64,000 nucleotides of DNA from the NCBI RefSeq assembly GCF_902459465.1, contig NC_047070.1:13454001-13518000 (forward strand), read 5' to 3'. The notes under the pieces are model-generated. The model searched no databases, had not been told where the DNA came from, and saw only the letters and a program-made list of their open reading frames with translations. Position numbers and translations under genes: made by a program. Below are positions 1 through 10,925 of this stretch, one piece after another. The stretch is from Asterias rubens (taxonomy: Eukaryota). The stretch's first letter is position 1. The number at the start of each line of letters is the position of its first letter.

Positions 1-404
1 GATTTGAAGATCTGATCTTCCAATATCAATTTGCTTTGGTTTTACTACACCTTCCTGCATGGAGCTAGTCTCCAGAGGTACGTTCGTCTCCAAGGATATC
101 TTGTTATCAGAGTTTGTCAAACGCTGTATAGTACTCTCCTCTGTCTGAAATGAGTCTGTCTCTATTTTCAGGTCTATGCTACTTGCATGTTCATGTTGAG
201 GCACTTTGGCAGTAAAGCTTACCACACCTGAGCCTGCCTCGTCAATTCTAATATCTGAGGATGACGTGACCAAAGGGTGAAAGTCGGCTGATGTTGCATT
301 TCTTCGAAGCAAGACCACAAAATCTTCAGTCTTTTGGGGCTTTATCTCTGGCATTGACTGGATTCTTTTTATGCTTCCACTTCCATTGAAATATAAAGCG
401 GTAC
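1..404 (-). CDS. Exon 18 (runs off the window edge) of a Munc13-homology (MUN) domain gene; S/T/E-rich, probably disordered
   Basis: Acceptor ttctttgtacaaAG at 405-406; open frame GTALYFNGSGSIKRIQSMPEIKPQKTEDFVVLLRRNATSADF...GRSDLQI to base 1; phase 1 matches the previous exon. Confidence 0.8.
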
Positions 405-525
405 CTTTGTACAAAGAATAACAATAACGATTATAAACCCACCTCAGATCCTCAAAAATCCATCTTGAGGTATTACTTGAATTGGATGGATCTGGTACTC
501 TATCCCCAAGTCTACAAAATGTTCT

Positions 526-752
526 AGAAGCAGGCATGCAGCCACATCAACCAAATATGACCATGGGGCACCGCAAGAGATCAAAAGTGCTTGATTTTTC
601 ACGAGGGAGGAAAACCGGATGGTCTGGAAAACCCTCGTGGCACATTAGAGAACTAACTCACAACTCAACTCACATATGGCCTTTGCCGGGTATCAAACTA
701 AGGTCACCTTGGTGAGAGGCGGAGCGCTTTACTTAACTGTCCAATGCGGGGC
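526..752 (-). mobile_element. tRNA-derived SINE with V/Meta-type core
   Basis: B-box-like segment and core ggaggaaaaccggatggtctggaaaaccc; second copy at 36621-37045. Confidence 0.6.
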
Positions 753-1153
753 CAGGCATACCAATCTCATAGGGGGTCCAAACATTTGGGTGCTTAGTTA
801 CCATGGGGTATTTGAGAGGATTTTGGACAGCTCTCGGCCAAACCACTGAGGATGTTTAAGAGCAAAATGTAGAACAATGAGAAGGACTTGTGGCGGTAAG
901 ACAACATTGATGACAATATTCAAAGTGAACAACGACAGTAAATAAACACAGAATCAATTAATGTAGTCCTCATTAATATGAGAGATATAACAGTTTGATT
1001 GATTATTCCGGTCAGACCTTTGACAACATAAGAAGATTTATAATTTGTTTTTGATAATCCCAGACTATTATTAAATAGTCAAAGCAGGGGTGATAAAAGT
1101 GTCTCTCTGTGGGACCCAGTATGCAACATAAGTCAAGTGACGTCGGAGCTCAC

Positions 1154-1283
1154 CTTGTTGGTTTCTACCCTTTGAAGACTCCTCTGTGGTATTATTGCGT
1201 TGGTCTTTGGGATGTAGTCTGGAACTGGGTACAGTGGTTGAAGAGCTGGTTTCATCAGTAGGTGTTACTTGACTGGACGTCTC
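1154..1283 (-). CDS. Exon 17 of MUN-domain gene
   Basis: gtttggttttAG ... GTgag; 130 nt, phase 0 to 1; ETSSQVTPTDETSSSTTVPSSRLHPKDQRNNTTEESSKGRNQQ. Confidence 0.85.
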
Positions 1284-1539
1284 CTAAAACCAAACACAAA
1301 CCCAACATTGCGTCAAAGTACAAATGACATTAATGGATTAACCAAAAAAGGCTGGCTTCAATGTCAAATTATGTCTATGTTAGGGCCAATGAAGACACTG
1401 ATGATGTAAACATCAGGCTGAGTAGCCTTGAGACACTCAGGGTGTTTGTGAATTGAAAGATAAACCTAAGTTTTAAGCTCTCAAAAATACAGTGCTAACA
1501 AGTACAACAAATGAAAAATACAGATTTTACACAATAGTG

Positions 1540-1636
1540 TATTTTCCATGAAGAATTTAAGAAGCCAACAAGGGTGGGTTTTTCCCGTTATTTTCTCCCG
1601 ACGCCGATGACCGATTGAGCCTAAACTTTCACAGGA
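1540..1636 (+). mobile_element. Fragment of MITE family B
   Basis: caagggtgggtttttcccgttattttctcccgacgccgatgaccgattgagcctaaa matches the interior of the 16744 and 28975 copies. Confidence 0.7.
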
Positions 1637-1828
1637 TTTTCCCTGTATAGTCCTTTCCTTTGCATCGACATGGCTAATTGTGTTCTTGTTTAATAAAGAT
1701 ATGTGTCAGCATTAAAATATCTGACATTTTTTGGTTGAGGACAATAAGGTCACAACTTGTGCCATTTACAGCCCCAGTCAGTGTTTGGTAGTAGCTACTA
1801 GCCATAACTACAGTCTTTAAAAGCTACC

Positions 1829-2119
1829 GATCAAAGTTTGCAATTTACCTGTTTGGTTTGGACTCCATTGGATGAGCCATCCATTGAGGGGCCCACTGGT
1901 CTGAATGGGGAGGCTGGAGAATGTCTTAAGATGCTGGAAGGATTCTGCCATTGTCTTAGGGGAGGCTCAGGGGATCAAAGTTTGCAATTTACCTGTTTGG
2001 TTTGGACTCCATTGGATGAGCCATCCATTGAGGGGCCCACTGGTTTGAATGGGGAGGCTGGAGAATGTCTTAAGATGCTGGAAGGATTCTGCCATTGTCT
2101 CAGGTGAGGCTCAGGGGAT
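1829..2119. repeat. 144-bp tandem duplication covering the 3' part of exon 16 and its splice donor
   Basis: 1829-1972 and 1973-2116 are near identical (only a few substitutions by eye). Confidence 0.95.
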
Positions 2120-2166
2120 GTCGGCTCTGATGGTGAAGGTGTGTCTTCAATGAAGTCAGGCTCAAA
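1993..2166 (-). CDS. Exon 16 of MUN-domain gene
   Basis: gatactttcAG ... GTaaat; 174 nt, phase 0 to 0; FEPDFIEDTPSPSEPTSPEPHLRQWQNPSSILRHSPASPFKPVGPSMDGSSNGVQTKQ. Confidence 0.85.
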
Positions 2167-2412
2167 CTGAAAGTATCATAATAAGCAGTTGTCATAAGAA
2201 ACAGCTATCATAATAGTGTTTAGAATCAAAATCAATCTGCAAAGTCTTAAGTCAACCTTTTAAAGAAATTTATTGACTTGAAATGCAACTCACTACATGA
2301 TGATGAGATAACTGCCAAACTGAAAAACTCTGAAAACCTGTGACTGAGTCAGTAGAAGTCTGGAGCTTTTCCACAATTCTGTTTCAGCTTGGTCTACGTT
2401 CAATCCCTGCAC

Positions 2413-2666
2413 TAGACTTGCGGACAAGTCGTTAAATGTCAGTCGCGGTGATAGCGTTCCGACTCTTTTCCGAATCTCCACGCGATTCCCGCGGTATTCT
2501 CGTGAGACTGCTGGCCCCGCGAGACTACTGCTCTCACAACTACGGTCCCATTGGGAGTAGAAGTCGGTAACCAGTAGTTCGCGCGAGAGCAGTGATATCG
2601 CGAAAGCACCACCACAACTCAACTATCTCACCGTGGCAGACCATCAACGACTTGTCCACAAGTCTA
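2413..2666. mobile_element. 254-bp MITE, ~39-bp imperfect TIRs, 9-bp TSD
   Basis: TAGACTTGCGGACAAGTCGTT ... AACGACTTGTCCACAAGTCTA; TSD tccctgcac at 2404-2412 and 2667-2675. Confidence 0.85.
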
Positions 2667-3134
2667 TCCCTGCACTGAAAGCACATGGTTTCAAGATTCC
2701 TGATGGAGCTACTGATGGAGCCATGAAAAGGCCCTTCTATTGATTCCTAAGGTGTCCTTTTGATTCAGATGAGGAATCTATCAGTCAGAGCTAAAATCCC
2801 AACATAATAATAGCACAGTTATTCAAGTGTACCAATAGCCCCTTGGTTCCTACTCTGGAGGACCAGATAAGCTAGCACATTGAAGTCTTACACAAACGAT
2901 CCTCCCAAACGTTTGGCAAATGATTTTGTACCATTTTTACTTTCAACCATTTAGCTACCATCGAACGGTTCTTATTTGGACTGTATGCCTCAGCATAAAG
3001 AGGTTACCACCCAATACTCTATGTGATGTTATATGTTGTCTAGGCTTAGCAAATAAGTTAATTAAGAAACATTTTTAGTTAGACAGCTCTTTGAAATTGG
3101 GCCTTGTGATCAAATTTATAGTAAATCAACTTAC

Positions 3135-3240
3135 TTTGTCTGTGTCGACTGTTTTGACCGCTATTTGAGTCAGTTGGTTGGTCATGATCTTCAGCCATGC
3201 TTTTGCCTGGACCAGCATCGGCTGCCTCCATTGCTGAGCT
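3135..3240 (-). CDS. Exon 15 of MUN-domain gene (MHD1-like helix)
   Basis: aaaccttAG ... GTaagt; 106 nt, phase 2 to 0; AQQWRQPMLVQAKAWLKIMTNQLTQIAVKTVDTDK, joining FEP; resembles the W..P....WL.....L......V..D..EP pattern of Munc13-4/BAIAP3 as recalled. Confidence 0.85.
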
Positions 3241-3377
3241 CTAAGGTTTGACATTTGGGGGGGGGAAGAAGAAAGGTAGTTGATATAAACAGTTTAGAAG
3301 TGCTGTTTATGATGTAATGCAGATCAGGGGGTAGTAAACGCTTCATTTCAATTCTTTTATTCAATGAAGTATGGTTT

Positions 3378-3510
3378 TATAGGGTTTGAGGCATTGCATG
3401 GTGAGGTATCAATATACATTTGGTTTGCGGTAACACCATGTGTGTGTGTATCTACTTGCCAGGTAGAGTTTGTTCCTAGAGAACTGTCTTTCTTTATTCT
3501 ACTACCGCGG
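3378..3510 (+). mobile_element. Dispersed repeat (family K), partial
   Basis: tatagggtttgaggcattgcatggtgagg...tttggtttgcggtaacaccatgtgtg is shared with 22681-22846. Confidence 0.7.
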
Positions 3511-4019
3511 AGTAGATTTTCGGATGTTCGGGAGACTTCTCAGTTCTGTAAAGAACTATCCTGCTTGGGCGGAAGGTATATAAAATTGGCTGGGACTACT
3601 ACTTTAGCTTATAGGATAGTAATAAACTGCACTACCACCGAGTCAGTTCTTGAATTGGTCTCAACGTTTCAACTAGCTTGCTCTAGTCATCGTCAGGAGA
3701 CTGGTTCTATTACAGAGCACAACTAAGGCTTTCATTTTTAACAGCTTCAAAAGATATTGTGTGATGATGAAGAAATTATTTGAACTTGGTTCCTTGTTTT
3801 GTTTCTGATTGTGCACTGTAACCACAGGTACACTTTAACTATGGTTTGGCCGTGTTGTTTTCTCACATTTAAATCTGGGTATCGAACAGAGGCTGCAGGC
3901 AAGGTAAACTAGTCTGAGCCCTCTGTAAACAAGGAATATTAGGTGACCTTGAGTGCTAGGTATTCAGGAGACATGACCAAGATGGTGGTAGAATCAAAGA
4001 TTCTTTGGAGTTGACTTAC

Positions 4020-4108
4020 GTTCTTGGTATATAGTCCCGCCATGCTGCATCAAGATCACTTAGCTTCTGAGCTAATGCTAATAAGTCTTGATCAATACGA
4101 TGCAAATC
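4020..4108 (-). CDS. Exon 14 of MUN-domain gene
   Basis: cttactctttAG ... GTaagt; 89 nt, phase 0 to 2; DLHRIDQDLLALAQKLSDLDAAWRDYIPR. Confidence 0.88.
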
Positions 4109-4477
4109 CTAAAGAGTAAGAATCATAAAGGAAATAAAGCACCATTCATAAATACCTCAGACAGTTTCGCTATTCCTATTGGTGGAGAGCGCATCACGTA
4201 GGGTGTTTAAACGGTTGATAATGACCAGCTGGAGCTGTTTATAAGCGTTTTTGGGGGGATACGTTTGTGCAGGTTAGCCCACAGCCTCGTTCCAAGGGGT
4301 GATCAATCTCGCCATGCCATTTTAGCAAATGAATACGAGGATGCATACTACGCGCACGAATGCATATCCGAAAACTGTCTCAGTCATAAAAATGCAACAC
4401 AAGTTCATGTACAGAGCTCAAGAAAAACGGATGAGTTTCTTACTTTACTATGCCTTTTAACCAAAAAGGCAATTATG

Positions 4478-4628
4478 AATGGGAATAAAAGAGTAGTGAC
4501 TCGTTCTTAAACGACCGTTTAAAACCTTGCAGGGTCGTGGCTGTGCAATAAAGGCCTTTATTACATGGCCACAACCCTGCCGGTTTTAAACGGCAGTTTA
4601 AGAACTCGTCGCTACCCTTTTATTATCT
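4478..4628. mobile_element. ~150-bp palindromic repeat (family F), probably part of a longer element from ~4130
   Basis: Near-perfect hairpin centred on taaaggccttta; related centre-deleted copy at 31030-31150. Confidence 0.7.
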
Positions 4629-5254
4629 TATAAGTTCAGTCTATTGCAGGAATAACACTGATAAAACTAAAGCCTAGCTGTTCATTTGAGAAAACCTTTT
4701 CATCAGGGCGACTTGATTACAAAAACAAGAAAGTTTAACGCTGGATTCCTTAAAATTAGGCAGTTTGCTCTTAAAGGGTTGATTCACATTTCCGAAGGGC
4801 TGTGTTGCTTTGTGTCAAAAAGGGGGGAGGGACACGCATTAACATTCTGAGTTTTATACATGCCGAAAAAGAGCACCAAACAAGCTTTATCTTGATATAT
4901 CTTACGTTTAGTGTAATCTTTGGTTCCTAAAGTTAAGATTTTTTTAAAAAATAAATTAACTCGTCATCTAAAAATGACCTGTTATTACAGTCTGTTTAGA
5001 AAACACCAAATACCGTTAAAGGAAACAAAGTACATAAAAAAAATGAAAGGGTCAGAATTTGTTTTATTCATCTTTATTGATCAAGAGTTTCTGTTTGAGA
5101 AATGTGAAAATATAGACCCTTGTGAAGCAAGAAACTGCATGTCACAAAAATATGTTTAATTGTTTGTTTTTATCCTCCTACCACTCAACAGCCCGTACTC
5201 AGAAATGGGCTGTGCAACAAGCGACTCATTTTTATAGGGCCCATCACATTTTAC

Positions 5255-5506
5255 GTGACACTTGTGTCCCTGAGCAAGACACTTCACTGTAATTGCTTCT
5301 CTCCACCCAGGTGTCAATGGGTACCTGTGAGGGCAGAGTTGGTTCTTGTGATTGATTAATTTACATATTTGGGGGCACAGACTGTACACTCCCCAGGGAG
5401 CTGAGATGGTTAAGGAATGATTTTAGGCCCAGTGACCAGGGGTAATAATGTTGAAGGGCCATGAGCGTCACTGCGTGACGGACCTGAGCGCTATATAAGA
5501 AGCCAC

Positions 5507-5592
<86 letters not shown>
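5255..5592 (+). mobile_element. 5'-truncated SINE (Deu-like core) ending in a (TAT)n tail
   Basis: gtgacacttgtgtccctgagcaagacactt...ctctccacccaggtgtcaatgggtacc core; gcgctatataagaa then ~28 ATT units at 5507-5592. Confidence 0.75.
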
Positions 5593-5593
<1 letters not shown>

Positions 5594-5639
5594 AAAAAGG
5601 ACAGTCCCTGCAAACTTTTTAGAAAAATGAGTTACTTAC

Positions 5640-5736
5640 CTTGTTAATATCTGTCATTTCACACACCAGATGGACATCTGACATTAGACTGGAATAGAAG
5701 GTTGTAGCAGCTAGCTTGACTACGTTCTGTTTATAT
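5640..5736 (-). CDS. Exon 13 of MUN-domain gene
   Basis: tgattacccAG ... GTaagt; 97 nt, phase 2 to 0; YKQNVVKLAATTFYSSLMSDVHLVCEMTDINK. Confidence 0.88.
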
Positions 5737-6197
5737 CTGGGTAATCAACATGATGAACACAGCAAAACAAAAAGGGTTAACAATTTAAAATGACTTCACT
5801 TGTTGCAGTGTTGTATTGGTAATGAGAAATTAAGGTACAATATAGAATCCCTTTTGGTAGCTGTGGTAGAAAGCATGAGAAATGACACTAGAGAAACCCT
5901 TGCGCAGTGCCCAGTTGAATGCAACTACTATTCAAGCAGAATTAAAAGACAGCAAGTCACGTTTCATCAAAACAATTTGAATCTGTTGGCATTTTGGCTG
6001 ATTACAACCAAGCATGATTGTTTGAGATTAAGAACAGGTATTAACAATGCACTGAATACTCAGCATGATTTTACTGTTTTTGCTAATGTTGGTACTGTAT
6101 TTAGTAGTGTTTGTACCATTTGAGCCGCCAATGCTGTCACACTGCACAGTACAGTTAGTATTGGATCCTATGAGTAAAGTTCCCACTAATTCCTTAC

Positions 6198-6271
6198 CTG
6201 CTGAAGACACTCTGGTAACAGTCATGGCATCTCGTGACATCTGCCTTTGCACAACCAACTAACTTTGACAC
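6198..6271 (-). CDS. Exon 12 of MUN-domain gene
   Basis: ctttgttgtcAG ... GTaagg; 74 nt, phase 0 to 2; VSKLVGCAKADVTRCHDCYQSVFS. Confidence 0.85.
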
Positions 6272-6931
6272 CTGACAACAAAGTAACAAAGCAATGTTTG
6301 CATAATGATAAGACATCCCCTGATCTACTTTTCCCAGCTCTGTGTTTAACTGTGGGATTAGTGCTGGTGTATGCAAATACTGTAAAAGTAGCATTTCTAG
6401 TCTGGCACGTGTTTTAACAGTGTTTTACACGTGTTTAATGCGAAATGTACAGTGCAATAGTGTCTATATGAGACAATAGAAATTATCCTATCAGTATTAT
6501 TGCTTAATTTGTGATGTTTAAGGTAACATGTTGCATCAGGAGAGTAAACAAGTATATGACATTGTTGAGCAAGTGATAGGCTAGCTCAACCATTACCATT
6601 GTGTTTTAATTCTTAACAAAAGAGTCAACCTTGAGAAGTTAATAAAGTTAACTGAATACCCGTCTGCTTTTATATGTACAGACAGCAATGTCTACTTTAG
6701 AGCCCTACTCTATCTAATAGTGAGAAGGTCAGCTAACTTACTGACGTTTTTTAGCAACATGAAGGAACCAGTGATGAAACAATACATATGTATTGCATCA
6801 TGCCATCGCACGGATACATGTAAATCTTCATTGACTAGGAAACAAAGTGTATGCTTTTTTTTGCTAAAGTAAACACTTCTGCTTATATTTGACCACTTTT
6901 TTTAATGAAATTGGGTGAAGATTTGACTTAC

Positions 6932-7024
6932 TAGTTCAGCAGTTACAGGCAAGATGTAGGTGTTCAAATGAAGCTCAGTTTCCAGTCGAACTTTGTGTCT
7001 GTAATAAGCTTGTTTAGCACTCTC
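6932..7024 (-). CDS. Exon 11 of MUN-domain gene
   Basis: ttcatatttcAG ... GTaagt; 93 nt, phase 0 to 0, the only open frame; ESAKQAYYRHKVRLETELHLNTYILPVTAEL. Confidence 0.85.
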
Positions 7025-7374
7025 CTGAAATATGAACCAATTAAAAAAAAAAAAAAAAACTCTCACATTCACAAACATTAAATTACGGCTGAGTCATAAT
7101 TTCATGAAACAACCTTGGGGACCATTATTGTATGTATGTTCCAAAGTTGATTGCCCTTCTTAATGAAAGTTGCAGTTTAAGCCATAAACTAAGAAGATTT
7201 GTTTGATCCATTTTCTCATTTTTACATAATTGGCCCGTCCAATTGCATCCAATGTTTGGCCAATCAGCACAATCATAACAGGAGCAGCTTTTGTATTTGT
7301 CCTATTGGAAACAATATACTTTTACAACACCCAAGATTGTGTCCTCTATTGACAGTTGTTTATGACCAAAGCTA

Positions 7375-7763
7375 TTAAAGGCAGTGGACACTATTGGTAA
7401 TTGTCAAAGACCAGTCTTCTCACTTTGGTGTATCTCAACAAATGCATAAAATAACAAACCTGTGAAAATTTGAGCTCGATTGGTCTTCGAAGTTGTGAGA
7501 TAACTATGAAAGAAAAAAAACACCCTTGTCACACAAAGTTGTGTGCTTTCAGATGCTTTATTTCGAGACCTCAAATTCTAAACTTGAGGTCTCGAAACCA
7601 AATTTGTGGAAAATTACTTCTTTCTCAAAAACTTTATTACTTCAGAGGGAGCCGTTTCTCACAATGTTTTATACCATCAACCTCTCCCCATTACTCACAA
7701 TCAAGAAAGGTTTTATGCTGATAATTATTTTGATTAATTACCAATAGTGTCCACTGCCTTTAA
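7375..7763 (+). mobile_element. MITE family A (TTAA-flanked, Kolobok/T2-like), full length
   Basis: ttaa-AGGCAGTGGACACTATTGGTAA ... TTACCAATAGTGTCCACTGCCT-ttaa; 13 copies or fragments in the window. Confidence 0.9.
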
Positions 7764-8362
7764 GTTCACATTAAATATTGCACCACGAAAGTAACTTCTT
7801 TGACTAAAAGTAATTTTATGAATTTTGAAAATGTTTAATAAATTCTAGAAAGGTCAAAGTTACGTTTATTTTATCAAAACTGTTTTAGAGGAACACCTTG
7901 CCTTGGATCAGATGAGTTGGTCAATAAAAGAAACAATTGGGATGAATGGGCCTGCAGACCTATTTAACAAAATCTCCTGGAATAGGAGATGACTATTGTG
8001 GGTGGCAACAATTTGGACTTGTTCGCGAGGTTTAGAAAGTATGAACGACTCAAAATATTATATCATTATATCATGTCGCACCATAGTGCAATTTCACAAA
8101 CAAAAGATGATGACACCCAATGTTAACAGATAAAAAGGCTTAGCTAAAAATTATTGGACTATAGTTTATCCCTATAATTAGCTAGTAAGAGTGAACATCA
8201 CATCATACTGATGCACAAATTGAATTACAATATGCATTTTTATCAACCAAACGCTGAGAATTATTTTCCATGCCCCCCTCAAAGAAAATTTAAACACTCA
8301 GTCAAGCTAGTTTTCTCAAGGAACTACAAAGGTATGAAGAAACAGGATGATTAAATAATTAC

Positions 8363-8463
8363 CTTAATGTAGCCTTCCAAGTAACATTCCAACGTGGAGC
8401 CTTTCTGATCTGTAAGTTGTGTTTTAAGATTCAGTACAGATGCAAGGAGACTCACCAAAGCAA
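8363..8463 (-). CDS. Exon 10 of MUN-domain gene
   Basis: ttcttacatgtAG ... GTaatt; 101 nt, phase 1 to 0; ALVSLLASVLNLKTQLTDQKGSTLECYLEGYIK. Confidence 0.85.
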
Positions 8464-9063
8464 CTACATGTAAGAAAAAGAAAAAGGAGGCAAACAGAAA
8501 AGGGCTGATTAAATTGTGTAGAGATAGTAAGGACATGAAGTACCTGCTACTGTACATGTAAGAATAAAAGGGGCATGCTGACCACTATGGCTGAAACAAA
8601 AAATACACTCTCATCAAGGACAAACAACTTTGCATTCCTAACTTGTTTATCAACAAAACTTTCCTGGGTTCAATATGGCTAGAGGGGAAGGTGAAAGGAC
8701 CTCTTGCTCAATAAATTTAGTTGTAGTTTTTTCCCTTCCATTATACATGTATCTAGAAGAAACGAAAAAAAAGATTACCAAATTGTTTGGAATCAAAGAG
8801 TCATGTTGTTACATGTAGTATCGGTTATTTCAACAGTTCAGCATAAAAAGAAAATGCATTAAGAGAGTGAAGCAAGAAAAAAAAAACCTTCAGCAATGCA
8901 AACTAAACGTTACGGTGTAGGGGGAGGTGGCTGAAAGGTTGGGGGGGGGGGGGGGAGTGAGGTCTGCAGATTTGACTATTTACATAAGACCTTTGAAGAG
9001 TGTGTTGTCCAAGGCCCATTAAGCAGTGATTTCATGGAAATCACTAATCTTGTCTAGGGGTAG

Positions 9064-9511
9064 CAGGCCTGTATGCTTCGTTGTTGAAAAGGCAAGGCAT
9101 TTTCTCCTTGGTACAGGGCACCCTATAAGGAAATTATCAATTTCTACAGGAGCATTTCAAGCGCAGGAAGGCAATGTCCAGGGCCAAATTTCAAAGCGCT
9201 GCTTAACGGTAAGCAAACTTGCGTGCTTACTGTAGCAGAAAAATTTGCTTAAGCATTTAGCGTATTTCACAGGTTAGCAGAAAAATTGGGCGGCCATATT
9301 GCGCGTTTCAGTGGATTTGCATTGTGACGTCATTTATTTTCATGCGGTAAGCACCGGAAGGTTAGCATGCCTTTTCGTGTGCTTACGGTTAGCAGCGCTA
9401 TGAAATAGAAATTGCACAGTAAGCTAAGCAGCGGCTAAGCAGCGCTATGAAATTGGACCCTTGGGGCATAGGAACAATCGCCTTTGTTGCCTCCGTGGAG
9501 TTTCAGGCTTG
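9064..9511 (+). mobile_element. MITE family H (CAGGCCTG termini, 6-bp TSD) carrying a nested MITE G
   Basis: Flanks gggtag/gagtag; halves match the uninterrupted copy at 36641-36816. Confidence 0.75.
9179..9462. mobile_element. MITE family G nested in family H
   Basis: TIRs cagggccaaatttcaaagcgctgctta ... taagcagcgctatgaaattggaccct. Confidence 0.8.
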
Positions 9512-10384
9512 GAGTAGCCCTTATGCCAGAAGGTGATCAAACTCAGGCTACCCAAACACATAACTAGAATGCCTGGGTTCCCAGTTAGTTTATCTGATCC
9601 ATGAAGCTATATGTACCTGGATCAGTGGGTCTTAGGTATCCTTACATTACAGTAGCTATAATACACAGCCTCTATTGTACTTATACAAAAATAAAGCAAT
9701 ATGCTACTGTCCCTGATGGAGTCCCCATTTGTCTCAAGAATGAAGTTCTCTGATAGCTCCCCCCCCCCCCTGGCCGCAGATAGAGGGATTACTGTCTCTC
9801 TACATAACCACAAATAGAGGACTAGAGGGTCTGGGTCTCCCCTAGGTCCAGAGGATGAAGCTCCCAGAACCCTTCTGGGTGTTATACTGCACAGGATTAT
9901 ACAGCAGGATTATACAGACTCCCAACAACAAAACAAAGATAGAACATAGGGTCTGGATCTTTCCTAGGTCTGATGAAGGATTAAGCCCTCTAAACCTCCT
10001 GGGGTAGTAAAACATGACTCACTTCATCAACACAAATAGAGAGTTACAGAGATGGCCTGGGTGGGTTTTTCCATTGGTTTGGAGTATGAATCCTACTGAA
10101 TCTGTTTATAGCTTCAAACCATTTACTGCCCCGCTATGTTAAGTTCTGTCTTAGTGGTGACTGTAAGGCATCTATAATCCAGTAATATTACACCCAGGAG
10201 GTAAATTTGGATTTCATCCTCCCTAGACTCAAGAGAGACCCAGGCCCATGGCCTCTTAGTTCTTTTAGTACTCTTGGTGGTGATGCACAGAGACTGTAAA
10301 TCCATTTTAAAATTCAAGCTAAATCCATAGGAACTTAGAACTAAGACAACTATACAGCACCCATCGTATGAATACTTACCAATC

Positions 10385-10475
10385 TGCTAAATAATAAGAA
10401 TAATAATAAGAATAATAATACATGTATGTATTTGTAATGCGCCAAATCAATCTAAAAAGATGTTCAAGGCGCAGC
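10385..10475 (-). mobile_element. L2-type LINE/SINE 3' tail remnant
   Basis: (TAA)-rich tail plus gcgcc...caaggcgca, similar to the tails at 29360 and 44008. Confidence 0.5.
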
Positions 10476-10677
10476 AGAGACAAATAATGGTCCTGAAGAG
10501 TTCTTGGCTGCTTATTCGTAAACCAAACATACCACTTGTACACACTAACAGTTTACAGGGGCTAAAGAAACAAATACTACTAGTGCTTCTAGTTTGATTT
10601 TCCTACATGATAAGAACTGTTCATGCGACAAATAAAGACTAACTAAATATCAAGAGAAGTAAATGATTGAAACTGAC

Positions 10678-10777
10678 CTGCTTTGTGACTCGAGTCTTCT
10701 TGCTCCCTGAGGAGTCCCTGCAGGCCACGTTTACTATGCTCATGTAGCTTGACCAAAACATCATGCAACAAATCAAG
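10678..10777 (-). CDS. Exon 9 of MUN-domain gene
   Basis: gttcctttatAG ... GTcagt; 100 nt, phase 0 to 1; LDLLHDVLVKLHEHSKRGLQGLLREQEDSSHKA. Confidence 0.87.
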
Positions 10778-10925
10778 CTATAAAGGAACAACATGATTGA
10801 TAACTCCCAAAATACAAAATATGTATCTCCAATGAAAACACCAAACGTTTGATTCAGAACATGGTGTCCAAGAAAAAAAAAAAAAACAGGGTTTGCTCTT
10901 AAACAGCTACCTGAGCGGAAGGTTT

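Noticed and set aside
2294-2790. Possible extra exon spanning the MITE site, with a good acceptor and a GTGAGT donor
   Set aside because: Three in-frame stops even after removing the MITE; exons 15 and 16 already join in phase.
6742-6834. Open 93-nt segment with AG/GT borders
   Set aside because: Open only as phase 1 to 1, while its neighbours are phase 0; LPVTAEL-VSKLVG joins well without it.
7226-7318. Open segment YIVSNRTNTKAAPVMIVLIGQTLDAIGRANY
   Set aside because: Weak acceptor and donor; YLEGYIK-ESAKQAY reads as one helix without it. Cannot be fully excluded as a cassette exon.
7470-7747. Recurrent ORFs such as MVDFETSNSKLEVSK... and MCAFRCLISRPQILNLRS... (also near 12.0, 14.7, 26.2, 42.5, 56.2, 60.2, 61.2 and 63.7 kb)
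   Set aside because: All are chance frames inside MITE family A copies.
10380-10386. 7-nt microexon-like TAG/CAGATTG/GTAAGT
   Set aside because: It would shift the frame, and its pyrimidine tract is a retroelement tail.
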